The notes under the pieces were generated by a model. The model was not told the origin of the DNA. It ran no database searches and saw only the letters and a program-made list of their open reading frames with translations. The position numbers and the translations under genes are program-made. A DNA stretch of 64,000 nt from Lytechinus pictus (Eukaryota): the NCBI RefSeq assembly GCF_037042905.1, contig NC_087245.1, forward strand, positions 23,996,001 through 24,060,000, written 5' to 3'. How positions within the stretch are numbered: the first letter of the stretch is position 1; each line of letters begins with the position of its first letter. This document shows, piece after piece, positions 51,702 to 64,000 of the stretch.

Positions 51702-54453
51702 CAGTGTTGTAGTCAAGGCTCAAACCTCCAAGGCCAAGGCTTCAATACCAAAGGCCAAGGCCAAGGCATGGAAACCCAAGGCCAAGGCCTGAAAACCTCA
51801 AGGCCAAGGCATTTCAAACTTACGATATACAGAACAATGAACTAACAATACTTAGGCGGCAGACATAACACATGGTAAAATGTATGTGAGCGAGCGAACT
51901 GAGCGAGAAAAAAAATTAACCTTTGTACATTAAAAACAAAAATAATTTCATGATAGAGACATATTAAAATAATGATATAGTTACCTGTGTACACATAATC
52001 CATAATTTTTCTAGGCGATTTACATTGCAATAATGATTATTGCCACGGTCATCTGATCCTGGCATTCTCAACGTATGTTTTTCTCCACTCCCTGGGACAG
52101 GGGCAGCAGAAAATTATTATTGGGGGGGGGGGGTTCAACGCCAAACAGGCACTCATTTATCAAAATGAGTTTTTTTTTTGTGCAAACAGATACATGTATT
52201 TTCAAAATGAGATCATGAACTGCGTAAAGTAATTGTGTGTTTTGTAGAAATTAAGTTGAGCAAAGGCTTTCTAAAGTGATTTTTAATTATAAGATAGATA
52301 TTTTGATTTAGGTTTTACTTCTCAGCGACAAAGCATAGCGAGCAAGCGGTTTTGAAAAAAAAAATTCTGAAGTTGTAAAACTTGATTTATGGTCAATTAT
52401 GGGGTTAATCATTGTTAAAAGGGCATCCTTGCGCAATGTTGCCAGCGCGAACCACCAGCTCAAACTTATTGACATGTCGTGTAATAAGACATGGAAATTA
52501 AATATTCTGAGCTGGTTTTGTAATCATGAAAAAGATGTGTATCTAACTAAAAATAACTTTACGCCCGCTAATTTTTTTTTATATACTGACCAGTAAAGGA
52601 AGCAGTTAATTATTGCATTTTAAATAGGATACATAACTCACCAATAAAAATAATGCGAGCGCAAAGCGCGAGCTCAAAAATTTGTGATATTCCAACCTGA
52701 AAACTGGACATTCTAAGCATTTTTTTTGTGAACGGGAAGAGAACGAGTAGAATAATTGATGCGAGTGCAGGAAGCGAGCCAAAAATTTGTGATATTCCAA
52801 CCATAAAGCAGCATTCTATACATTTTTGTAATCATGAGCAGGATTAGTACTGTACTAAACAATAATTGATGCAAGCACGATTCAAAATCTGTGATTTTCG
52901 AACCTAACATGTATTATGTTTTATTATTAAAGAAGGTATATTTCTTTTTTTTTAAGTGCATATTTCATTTTGAAAAAAAAATCCTACAGGGAATTTTTTT
53001 TTTTTTTTGGGGGGGGGAGGCAAGAGAGCACAAAGCGCAAGCTAAAATTTTCAAATGCTTAAACTGAAAATGAGTCATTTTTAGGACTCTTGTCAGTTTT
53101 CATATTTTTTTCTGCTTAAAACCACTTTTAAATTTCAATTCTCATTTCTTGTATCTTCTACACTTATTTTACCTTAAAAAACAGAATAAAGAATACTAAC
53201 AAAATAGAGTTATATTCAAAAGGATATAAAATAAACAGGGCGCACCCCATACCCTTAGTTGGGAGAGAGTAAATCTTAATTATTTCTTTAAATAGTTAAT
53301 CAATCATTAATTATTAATACGTATTGATAATATTAATAATTATTAATTATTCAATTATTATTTTTTTATTAATTATTATTTCTTGAAACCATATTGACAC
53401 AAAAACAAATACGTTGTTTATTTCCTTGAAACTGTAGAGAAATGAAATTCACTGTTGAACGATATATGATTAAAAAGAAGTAAACATTTATTAAGTAAAC
53501 AAATATACAATTTAGAAAAGAGATAGAGAGAAGAAGAAGTTCCACCACCAAGAATAAACTTAGACAAGGGGGGAAGGGAAAGGAAAAAAAAGGAGTAAAT
53601 GTGATATTATTTTTTAAACAATCTATCGCAAAATTAGCTTTTCCTATAGAAAGAGGGGGACACATTTTGTTCACTCGCTCGCTTCAATCGCTTTCTTCTT
53701 TTTTTGACAGAAATTTTGCTCTATATGCCATGCTTGGCCCCTCAAAGTTTCTGGCTCATCATGCCATTGACATAACCCATTTGGATATGACAAAATTGAA
53801 GACTGTGTTCAAGTTTACCAAATCTTTTCAGAATATCATTAAGACTTAAAACTTTCTTGTTGGCCAAAGAAAATAATACAAGGAAAATCCTAATGGAATA
53901 GAAATCAACCTTGTTATCGTTCTTTAGAGTTAGCTATGTTTAAAGTATGAAAATTGTTGCCAAAATTGCAGTCAGATGTCAAATTTATTCTTGTCATCAA
54001 AGCACTATTATGTTGATCATGATCATTATTATTTACTGTCATTATCATAATTAGTCATGATTACAACACATTACCAATACATAATGCTATTTTTCGTAAC
54101 TGATGTATTCTTTGTTTGAAAATTCTTGATAATGGTGACCATTACAATTGATGACACTGCCCCGACACTGCTAGTACACTTACTACTGCTGCTGCTAATG
54201 TTACTGGTGACTGGTAGTATTGACCATTAGTGTCATTAAATATTTTTTTTTAAAAATTGAAACATTTATAATTACTTATTTAAAACAAATGAAAGTACAA
54301 AATACAAAATGCCTTGAAAAGGCCTTGAAAATGCCTTGAAATTTCAAGGCTCCAAATCCTCAGGGCCAAGGCCCTCTCAAGGCCAAGGCTTTGAAAAAGT
54401 AGGCCTTTAGGCGCCTTAAGGCCAAGGCCGAGCATCAAGGCACTACAACACTG
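51702..54453. mobile_element. TIR element with CAAGGC subterminal repeats, splitting the right arm of 49152-54847
   Basis: TIR CAGTGTTGTAGT / ACTACAACACTG with (CAAGGC)n at both ends. No clean 8-bp TSD. Confidence 0.82.
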
Positions 54454-54576
54454 ATTAGTACTAGGCATTAGACAAGTCCAGATTTGAGGAAAAGTTAATG
54501 CGCTAGCCTAAGCGAGCCCTAGCATAGCACATGTCTTGCCATTAATGGCAGCTAGTTTGATAAGTGTTAAAGAATT

Positions 54577-54578
<2 letters not shown>

Positions 54579-54654
<76 letters not shown>
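54579..54654. repeat. (TA)n microsatellite
   Basis: Pure dinucleotide run, absent from the matching position of the left arm. Confidence 0.97.
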
Positions 54655-54657
<3 letters not shown>

Positions 54658-55995
54658 CCTGTAAGGCCTATGTAACTATGTAAGGGTACCGGTAATTTGA
54701 CGATGATAATTCATTCTGAACAACTGAACGTGAATGCTTACGACCGGCACTGGTCGAGGTCCACGCGCATGCGTACTCTTAATCCGAAGACGCAAGGCAT
54801 GAATATTCATATGTTGGTCCAGAACTCAGTGGGAAAAATAATATCGCGGGCGGGGGAGGGGTTGGAGATATTATATATCTCCCAATAGGCCTATCAGGTG
54901 GGGTGGAGGCTTACCTCAATAATAATAACAATTTTGATGAATCATATTATGTGACCTGTCGGACTAACGAACCTTCGGATTAACGAACCTTCGGAATATA
55001 CGAACTTTCGGAATAATGAACCTTCGGAATTACGAATGTAACCCGAATAAATCATGGCTATCAATCCCGGGGGCGGGGGAGGGGTTGGAGATATATATAT
55101 CTCCCAATATCAGGTGGGGTGGAGGCTTACCTCAATAATAATAACAATTTTGATGAATCATATTATGTGACCTGTCACTCCTAAACTAACAAAGCGTTGT
55201 CCAAAATTAATTTTGAGATTTTTCTTGAGCTTGAAAAAATCAAATCATAAGCTTTAAAATGATATACAGTGCGTATCAAAAAAAGTTTACACTTAGAAAA
55301 AATCCTGTAAAATTATACATTTGTAATATCCTGAAGATTTTTCCATGTTTTAACATTGGTACAGATCCATTTAAGCAAATGACAATATAACTGTCGATAA
55401 ATATTTCCGCTTGAGTGAGCACCATTTACTTTTGAAAAGTTAGTGAAAAATGATTTGCGCAGAATTTTGAAATAGTTATGCGAATAAAAGTAGACCTTAA
55501 TCATGAAGAACACGTGGAATCTAGCAGTAAAATTGATTTGAAGATATCTTTTACCTTTTTAAAACTTGTTTCCTTGCCCAAAACATTTCGAATAGTGCAT
55601 TGCGCCCCACCCCACTCCCCCACACACCGAGGCCAATCGTGATGATATTTGCTTTACACTGAGCTGTGATTTACATAAAATGGCTTAGGCTTGATTTTCA
55701 TTTTGTTAATCATTGTCAAGCTGGGGAAAAGTGTGGAGAAACAAGTATTAAATGAAAATGAAATGTAAGCCACCTTTAAATGATAAAAACTTAGTGAGAA
55801 AAATGCTATAGATGTCTGATGTAAACTTTTGTTCAGATTCAGTTATGTCCTCAGATCCAGCTGGCACAAAAAGAGTAAAGGTTGTGCTAACTAAGTGTTG
55901 AAATTTCAATTTCAGTGGCAAAATTGTTACAAAATTTTATTTCAATTGACTAAAAGCAGGCGCGGATCCATGGGGGGCCGAGGGGGCCTCGGCTA

Positions 55996-56800
55996 AAAAA
56001 AAAGAAGAGAGGGAAAGAAAGAGAAAAAAGAGGGGAAGAGGGGAAAGAAAACAAGAAAAAGAAGAAAGGAAGAGGGGGAAAAGGGAAGAAAAAAGAGAGA
56101 GGAAAAGGGGTGAAAGAAAAGAGGAAAGGAGAGAGGGAGAGGGGGAAAGGAAAAGGAGAAAAAAAGAGAGAGGAAGAAGGAGGAAAGAAGAGAAGGGAGA
56201 GAAAGGGGAAAAAAAGAGGGGAAAAGAGAGAGGAAGAGGGGGAAGGAAGAATAGGAGAAAAAAGAGAGAGGAAAGGGGGAAAGAAAAGAAGAAAAAGGGA
56301 AGAGGGGGGAAGGAAGGGAAGGAAAGGGGGAAAGAAAGAGAAGGAAAAGGAGAGGGAAAGGAAAAGGAGAAAAAAAGAGAGAGAGGAAAAAGAGGAAAAA
56401 AAAGGAGAAAAAAGAGGAAGAGAAGAAAAGGGAGGGGGAGGGTGAGGGGGAAGAAAAGGAGAAAAAGGAGAGAGAGGAAGAGGGAGGAAAGAAGAGAAAA
56501 AAAGAGAAGGGAAAGAAAAGGAAGAACAAAGAAGAGGGGAAAGAAAAGAAGAAAAAAATGAGAAGAAGAGGGGAAAGAAAGAGAAAAAAAGAGGAAGAGG
56601 GGGAAGGAAGAGAAGAAAAGGGAGGGGGAGGGGGGAGAAAAAAGAGAAAGAGGGGAAAGAAGAGGGGGGAGAAAGAGGAAGAGGGGAAAAGAAAAAGGAG
56701 AAAAAAGGAGAAAGAGGAAGAGGGAAGAAAGAAGAGAAGAAAAAAGAGAGAGAAAGGGGGAAGGACGAGAAGAAAAAAAGAGGAAGAGGAGGAAAGAAAA
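55996..56800 (+). repeat. Polypurine (A/G) tract of about 800 nt
   Basis: Only a handful of C or T bases on the + strand across the tract. Confidence 0.97.
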
Positions 56801-57810
56801 TGATGTTCGAACCTAAAGGGCGCCGAAATGATGTTCGAATGAATGTCAAAATGATGTTCGAACTGGGGGCCAAATTGATACTCGAGCTAGGGGGGGGGGT
56901 GCCGAAATGATATTCGAACTAGGGGCGCCAAATTGATGTTGGACCTACATGTAGGGGCGCCGAATTGATATTCGAACTAGGAGGGCGCCGAAATGATGTT
57001 CGAAGGGATGTTAAAATGATGTTCGAACTGGGGGCGCCAAATTGATACTCGAACTAGGGGGGGGGGGGGCGAATCGATGTTCGAGCTAGGGGGGCGCCAA
57101 ACTGATACTCAAACTAGGGGGGCGCCGAATTGATGTTCGAACTAGGGGGGCGCCAAATTGATACTCGAGCTAGGGGGGCGAAATGATATTCGAACTAGGG
57201 AAGCCCAATTGAGTTCGAAGGGATGCCAAAATGATGTTCGAACTGGGGGTCAAATTGATGTTCGACGTAGGGGGGGGGGGCTGCGCCGAATTGATGTTCG
57301 ACGTAGGGGTGCAAAATTTATGTTCGACATCGGGGGGCGCCGATTGAATGTTCGAACTAGGGGCGCCAAATTGCTATTCGAACTTGGGGCGCCAAATTGA
57401 TGTTCGAACGAGGGGGGCGCCAATTTGATGTTAGAACTAGGCGGCGCCAAAATGACGTTCGAACTATGGGGCGCCGAATTGATGTTTGAACAAGGGGGAG
57501 GGGGCGAATTAATTTTCGAACTAGATGGGGGCGCCAAATTGATGTTTGAACTGGGAGGGGCGCCAAATTGATGTTCGAATTAGGGTAGCGCCGAATTGAT
57601 GTCCAAACTAGCGGGGCGCCAAATTGATGTTCGAACTAGGGGAGCGCTAATTTGATGTTTGACCATAAGGCGACAAATACATGTTTCAGAAGGGGAGGGC
57701 AAAGTGATATTTCACATTACGCCAAATTCATGTTCAACCGAGGGCGCCAAATTGACCTTGAACTTAGGGGGCTCCATGCAAATGCATGTTCGACCGGGGG
57801 CGCAACATTG
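56797..57810 (+). repeat. Minisatellite with a unit of about 30 bp (AAATTGATGTTCGAACTAGGGGCGCC)
   Basis: Roughly 30 diverged tandem copies. Confidence 0.93.
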
Positions 57811-58448
57811 CTCGTATTGCCTGTTTATAGTGAAATTTATTTCCTGCCCAAAAAGGTTAAATTATGCGGCTGATTTAAAATATCCCGTTTTTACGATAAT
57901 AGACAAAAATCAATGTGCTCGAGTTTGAAGTTTGTTTGGCGAGATAGGTATCCTGTTCAGGGTCAGAAAAGGGGTAAATATCAAATTCAGCTGGCGCTAC
58001 GCGCTCGCAATATTTGATTAGTGAGGTGTGTATCCTCTCCATCGATCACACGTACATAAGTCCTTAAAATGTTAGTGTTTTTCATCAAGTCAATATACAT
58101 AGGCCGATCCAGGGGGCAAAGTTTTTGCCCCCCCCCCCCCATGGTGGCGAAAAAAAGGAAAGAAAAAGAAAAGAAAAGACGAAGAGAAAAAGGAAAAACT
58201 TTTAGAATAGGAATTATACCTTAAAAGAGTCCTTCATATTAAGTCAGTATATAAAAATTGAGCTCGCGCTTCGCGCTCGCATCACTGTTTAATTATATAC
58301 GCATCCCAACCTCACAGTTTTTTTTATGCGAACGAGAAGCACAAGCTGAAAATATTTTATATTCTAATCTAACAACTGAAAATGTCCTTTTCATTTCATC
58401 ATTAAAAAAGTTTTCGGCTAGCGCTTCGCGCTCGCATTCATATTTTAA

Positions 58449-58945
58449 AGGACAAGTCCACCCCCTCAAAAAAAAATGTTGATTTGAATAAATAGAGAAA
58501 AATCAAACAAGCATTATGCTGAAAATTTCATCAAAATCGGATGTAAAATAAGAAAATTATGACATTTTAAAATTTTGCTTATTTTTCACAAAACAGTGAT
58601 ATGCACAACTCAGTGACATGCAAATGAGACAGTCGATGATGTCCATCACTCACTAATTCCTTTGTTTTTATTGTTAGAATTTTACAATATTTCATTTTTT
58701 ACAGATTTTACAATATGGACCAACTTGATTGAACCATTCAGTATTAAACAATGCTAATTGCTCATGTTCAGGGAGGAATTAATCGTTGTTTCACACGACA
58801 ACGGAGAAAAATTGAATATTTTATATTTCATATACTAAAATACAAACAGAAGTAGTGAGTGAGTGATGTCATCAGTCTCCTCATTTGCATACCGACAAGG
58901 ATGTGAATATAACTGGTTTGTGAAATTAAGCGAAACTTTAAAATG
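58449..58945. mobile_element. Truncated Kolobok-like MITE
   Basis: TTAA|AGGACAAGTCCACCC start. The matching right TIR was not found. Confidence 0.55.
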
Positions 58946-59088
58946 TTGTAGGCCTACCTATTATCTTTGTGTATTTCATATAAGTTTCTCAAAATATTCC
59001 TTTTCAGGTGTCTCGATTGTCAAATATGAAGGCCTATGAGCTAGCGCTGTGCGCTCGCATTTTGATTGGTGAGTTCTGTATACATATA

Positions 59089-60286
59089 CAGTGGCGTAAC
59101 TACCAGGGGGCATGGGGGAACGTGCCCCCCCCCCCCCCCCCGATCGGATGCCCCCCCCAAAAAAAAAAAAAAAATAATAATAATAATTAAATAAAAATAA
59201 AAATAAAAACGGGGAAAAGGAGAAAAAGAGGGAGAAAGGAAGAGAAACGTAATGTGGAAAGAAGAAATTATTGTTTATTATAATGTTATATTATATCATA
59301 ATTATGTTACATAAGAAGCATTTTTTTTTCATGACTTTATGAAACAGTTTGCTCAGGGCCTATGTCTTCATTGTTCCTGGTGCTCACATAGACTGTTTAA
59401 CGAGATGTATAATCCTGTTGTACTAAAACCTCCCGTTTTCACAAATCAATATACACCAAATATATTTCCTCGCAATTCGAGTTATTGTTTTATGTAGTGA
59501 CATTTGCTTTTTTTTTCATGACTACTTAAAGTGATTGCCCAATTTTAAGGTCTTAATATAAACATTTCCTGTCCGTGCTAACGTTCGCATTAGTTGATTG
59601 GTGAGATGTCTGCTCTTCACGAATTCCTAAAATCAGTCCTTAAAATGTCAATTTTTCTGATCTGAATGTCAAAATATTTTAGCTCGCGCTTCGCGCTCGC
59701 ATCATTTGGTTAGTGAAATACGTAAGGACTTAGTGAATTCCTACAAACAAGCCTTAGAATGCCCCTCTTCAGGTCTGAATTTAATAAATTTTCAGCTCGC
59801 GCTTCGCGCTCGCAGTATTTGATTAGTGAGATGCGTATGATAATCATGATTACAATGACTACAAAAAGTGCTACAAAAATACTACAAAGGATGCCACTAT
59901 CATTAGATGACTATGCTGAGATATTTATACTATTAATGGATACCTAAAATATAGTCCTTAAAATGTCCATGTTTGGGGTCACTATATACAAAAATTTCAG
60001 CTCGCGCTTCGCGCTCGCATTGTTTGTTTAGCGAGACAGGTACGTATCACGATTACAAAAATTTGCTTATAATGTCCCTTTTAGGTCTGAATATCACAAA
60101 TTTTCAGCTCGCGCTTCGCGCTCGCATTATTCAACCAGTGAGATACTTATCCGTTTAATGGCATTGCATGTCCTTAAAATTTCTCTATTAGGTCAGCATA
60201 CCTGGCAACTGAGTGCACTCCCTAAGTGACACCAAATTTGTGGTGGTGCCCCTCCCCCCAATGCCGTGACCCACGGTACGCCACTG
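59089..60286. mobile_element. hAT-like element, second copy of 29684-30612
   Basis: Same termini and collinear interior. TSD TACATATA / TACCTATA. Confidence 0.9.
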
Positions 60287-60861
60287 TACCTATAAACTAC
60301 TTGAATTCCCCCCATTTAAAAATTTCGGATCGCGATTTGCGCTCGCATTATTTGCTATAAATGTATCAACCCATGAATGCTGTTCATGATTAGAAAAATA
60401 TGAAATATCCAGTTTTTCAGGCCTCATGCACTGTCAACAAATTTCACGCACTCATTAGGCTTATTAGATTAATAAATATGAAATAATTTTTTTATGAATT
60501 CATAACTAAATAGTCCCTGTTTCAGAAAAAAAATATCGACAAGTTTTAGGAAGAGGAATAGAAGATAGGCATCATTTTTATTTAATGGCAAAATGTCCTT
60601 AGGCCTAAAATGTCTCGATCCTGGTTTAAAATAATAATAAAATATCAGCTCGCGCTTCGCGCTCGCATCATTTATTAAGTGCTTTCCACATCCACTTCAC
60701 AATTCCCCTATATACACAGTGCTTTAAATATTGCTTAAATTGACCCATTTCATATCGGAATTTCAAATATTATGTCCAGCTCGCGATCCGCGCTCGCATT
60801 ATTGATTTTCATTATGAAAAATGAAATGTATTCAGAATGCCCAGATTCTGTCTAACTCTAA

Positions 60862-61277
60862 AGGCGACCGCACACCTTACGACTGGTCTGCGACCCGATT
60901 TTGGAACAAATCACATTTTGCTCATTATCTGAAGATGTGAATGGAACATATCATTTTATTTGAGGTTAGAATTAATTGAAATAATTATATTATAACAATT
61001 TTGAAAAATTGCAAGCCCTTATTTTGGAGTAAAGTCCAAATTAGTTTCAAATCGTAGCCAATCGTAAGACTGCTATGACGTCATTACGACTAGATATTAA
61101 ATTCGCTTTTATTCTAAGAATGATGATAGCATAGTCACAAATTTGATCATAGGTATTCGTACGATGATTTCGAACATTACACAGTAACTTATTCCAAGTC
61201 TAAATATTAGCATCAAATTCTATTACATTTTATTCTGAAATCGGGTCGCAGACCAGTCGTAAGGTGTGCGGTGGCCT
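60862..61277. mobile_element. PIF/Harbinger-like MITE
   Basis: TAA|AGGC.ACCGCACACCTTACGACTGGTCTGCGACCCGATTT and its reverse complement|TAA. Confidence 0.92.
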
Positions 61278-62229
61278 TAAAACACGTGCACGCATGTTTA
61301 TTGTGATACGCATCTTGATCTCATTAAATACGTGCTAAAATTATCCAGTTTCAGATCAGAATATCAAAAATTTTCTGCTCGCGCTTTGCGCTCGCATTAT
61401 TAATGTAGGAAGATACCAAAAACTACCCATCATTTTTCATGAGTGACCAAACATGAATCGAGTGTCCCGTTGGGGGTTTGAAATCTAATTTTTTAGGTTG
61501 GAATATCAAAAATGTTCAGCTCGCGCTTCGCGCTCGCATTATTTAATCGTTGAAATATGTATCGTCTTTATGGCTAACTGCAAAACTTCCTTAACAGGTC
61601 CCTTTTCGACCAGGCCAGAACGCACATTAAAAATTTCTGCTCGCGCTTCGCGCTCGTAGTAACTATTTAGTTACATACGCATCTTGTTCAGGTTCACAAA
61701 CATTGCTCAGAATGTTAAATTTTTAGGTCAAAATACATGAAATTTAATTATTTGTTTTATCTCGCATATGGCTTATGAGATTATTGCACATTAATGTTGT
61801 TTATAAAGTAAAGCTAGAAAATGACTGTTAGGACATGGGCGTTTTGCCCCCGTCCCCCCAAAAAAAAAATCACGACATAGAAAAAAAAGAGAAAAAGGGA
61901 AAGGAATTATGGTGAAATATATTATTATTTTCTAAATATTATGTCAAATATATCGCGCTTCGCGTTATCATTATTTATTTAGGCCTTGTGAGATACCTCA
62001 ATGTGTTTTTAAGAATAACATTTCGGAATTTCTTTAACTTCTACCCCCTCCCCATTTTATTTTTATTTTTTATCTTGGCGCCCTCTACAAAAGTTCAACA
62101 AGCCCCCCCCCCCCCCCCCCCGTGCAACCCTGCTGAATAAATCACAGCTTCGCCACTGATGAGGAGATTGAGTCGATTGCTTCGAGATTGCATTATTCCC
62201 AAGAGGTTATCATTGATATTATTGAAGGC

Positions 62230-62538
62230 CACTAGCGTACCTACGGGGGGGGGGGCAGTCTGCCCCCCTGACGAGCCACAACCCATGCAAAGGACGTATC
62301 CCTGCCCCCCCTGACGAGCTTGAAATACCTTTTTTGCCCCCCCCCCCTGACGAGCTTGAAGACCTTTATTGCCCCCCCCCCCTGACGAGCTTGAAGCTCT
62401 TTTTTTGTGTGTGCTTGTCAATTTCTTTTCTGGTACGAAATCCTTCATTTGTGATTGAAGACCTTTTTTTTTTTTTGCTTGTCAATTTTTTGGCGGACGG
62501 TTTTGACCCCCCTGTGGAAAATCCTAGGTACGCCACTG
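62230..62538. mobile_element. Small hAT-like MITE
   Basis: CACTAGCGTACCTA...TAGGTACGCCACTG, TSD TTGAAGGC, internal CCCCCCTGACGAGC repeats. Confidence 0.9.
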
Positions 62539-63334
62539 TTGAAGGCTATTCTAAACAACTAGTAAGGAAACTACAGCTCCCGTTCACACAATATTCTAGT
62601 AGGGCCTACTCTGGGAGAAGTTAAACCAAATTGAGACCCCCAAAAATCGCTCGCGCTTCGTGCTCCCATTGATGTTATTTTATATATTCATGGATTTTTT
62701 TTCAAGAACACATTAAAAAAGTGGTCTTTAATTGCCTTTTTTTTAAATGTGATTATGTAATAAGATAATTCAAAATACATTTAAGGCATTTAAGTTACAT
62801 TTAAGTTAGCTTGGCCGGGAGGGAGGGGGCGCCATTTTTCGAAAAGTACACATGGGCGCCAAAAATCAGGTCAAACTTGGGCCCCCCTCCCCACGAAATC
62901 TTGGATCCGCGCCTGACTAAAAGTGCAAGGGAAATGTATGAGAAATGTTTCGCAGGGTAAGTTTGATTACGCCCTTTCCCCTTGACACCGCGTGAAAACG
63001 CGCATTTCTGCGCAAACAGATTTCTGTGAGCTTTACAAAAATGGACAGTGCTCACTCAAGTGTAACATTCTGTCAAAACTTTTATTTTCATTTTATAGAT
63101 GAGACCCAAACCCAAAATTATATGTGAAAAAATTATCCACATGTTGTAACATGTAACATGGTGTAAACTTTTTTTTGATACGCACTGTATAACTAGTCAA
63201 AACTGATCAACATATCACACACATGGCCCTGGGAACGATTTTTAAATAGGGTATGCTTATGCTGTGCTGGGAATTTTGTTCATGGGGTTGTCGTCAGAAT
63301 AAAGAGACAAGCCCCCCCCCCAAAAAAAAAAAAA

Positions 63335-63368
<34 letters not shown>

Positions 63369-64000
63369 AAAAGAAAACCGTTTCCCAGTGCCATGGCAAA
63401 TACTCGATTTAATAAAGAAAAAAAAAATAGTGAAACTAAGTAGAAAACAGGGTTCAGGGTTCGCTGAAACATGATATAGGCACGCTGTATAATCTCGGTG
63501 TAACTTCTAAGCAGTCCGGAAAAGAAGTGTAAAAAAAGTTATGTATATCTCGCCTTAATTTTACTTTACTACTTCCAATTCTGGCAGTATGAACAATAAC
63601 TAGGCCTACTCTTTTTACTTCTTAAAGGTCACATTTTTCTGTTACAGCTATTTACAGTGAACTTGCCACCATGCGGTGGTTTGGCCAGTCATTGTTGGTT
63701 TGGGGGTAGCTGATTACAATGTATGATCACCATCATGATCACATTATGACAAGGATGATCACGAGTAAGGAGAAGGAGTAGAAGATAATGATGATCATTG
63801 GTACTAATGATTTGCTTTCTCTCTCGTAATTTTCTGATGTTTATTATTGAACGACAACATTCCTTTCAGAATTTGGCAGAAACAAATGGATGGAGAAACA
63901 AAATAATGACTCCAGGATGAAATAGAATGAATATTCATGTTCATGGTTTCTTACATGACACAACATTAATGTAAAACTGTACCCCTCCTGCATCTAAGCG

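Larger units (their letters stand above)
49152..54847. mobile_element. Mutator/foldback-like element with inverted arms of about 660-730 bp, a 9-bp TSD and nested insertions
   Basis: The left arm 49152 to about 49815 is the reverse complement of about 51365-51701 plus 54454-54847. TSD GGGCGGGGG at 49143-49151 and 54848-54856. Confidence 0.85.
55957..62915. mobile_element. 7-kb composite hAT-like element with no coding capacity
   Basis: TIR CAGGCGCGGATCCA / TGGATCCGCGCCTG. TSD ACTAAAAG at 55949-55956 and 62916-62923. Confidence 0.9.
55267..63187. mobile_element. Tc1/mariner-like MITE (about 950 bp native) expanded to 7.9 kb by nested insertions
   Basis: TA|CAGTGCGTATCAAAAAAAGTTTACAC...GTGTAAACTTTTTTTTGATACGCACTG|TA. 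Confidence 0.85.

Noticed and set aside
55950..56873. 307-aa, 178-aa and other F/S/P/L- or K/R/E-rich ORFs
   Set aside because: These are translations of the polypurine tract, which lacks stop codons by composition.
56797..57810. CRISPR-like periodic repeats
   Set aside because: The units are contiguous and degenerate with no unique spacers, there are no cas genes, and the context is eukaryotic. It is a minisatellite.

Overview
This is AT-rich animal genomic DNA. The repeat families and gene style suggest an invertebrate deuterostome, probably a sea urchin (inference only). The window holds two tandem, paralogous minus-strand genes for single-pass leucine-rich-repeat (LRR) receptors without a TIR domain. 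Gene A has 3 coding exons reconstructed here (18293-16608, 14554-14501, 13627-13529; about 612 aa). Its cytoplasmic tail gains an ITIM-consensus motif (INYTTV) from a 54-nt exon that the ORF track misses. Gene B has 2 coding exons (39349-39059, 38515-37541; about 421 aa) and a short basic tail with no tyrosine. A decayed APE-RT non-LTR retrotransposon lies between them. Most other sequence is non-autonomous transposons: Kolobok-, hAT-, Tc1/mariner-, Harbinger-, Mutator-, Academ-, Sola- and Helentron-like elements, L2/Crack/CR1 remnants and a tRNA-derived SINE. Many have readable TIRs and target-site duplications, and 47-63 kb is deeply nested. Superfamily names rest on termini and TSD only, not on database hits.
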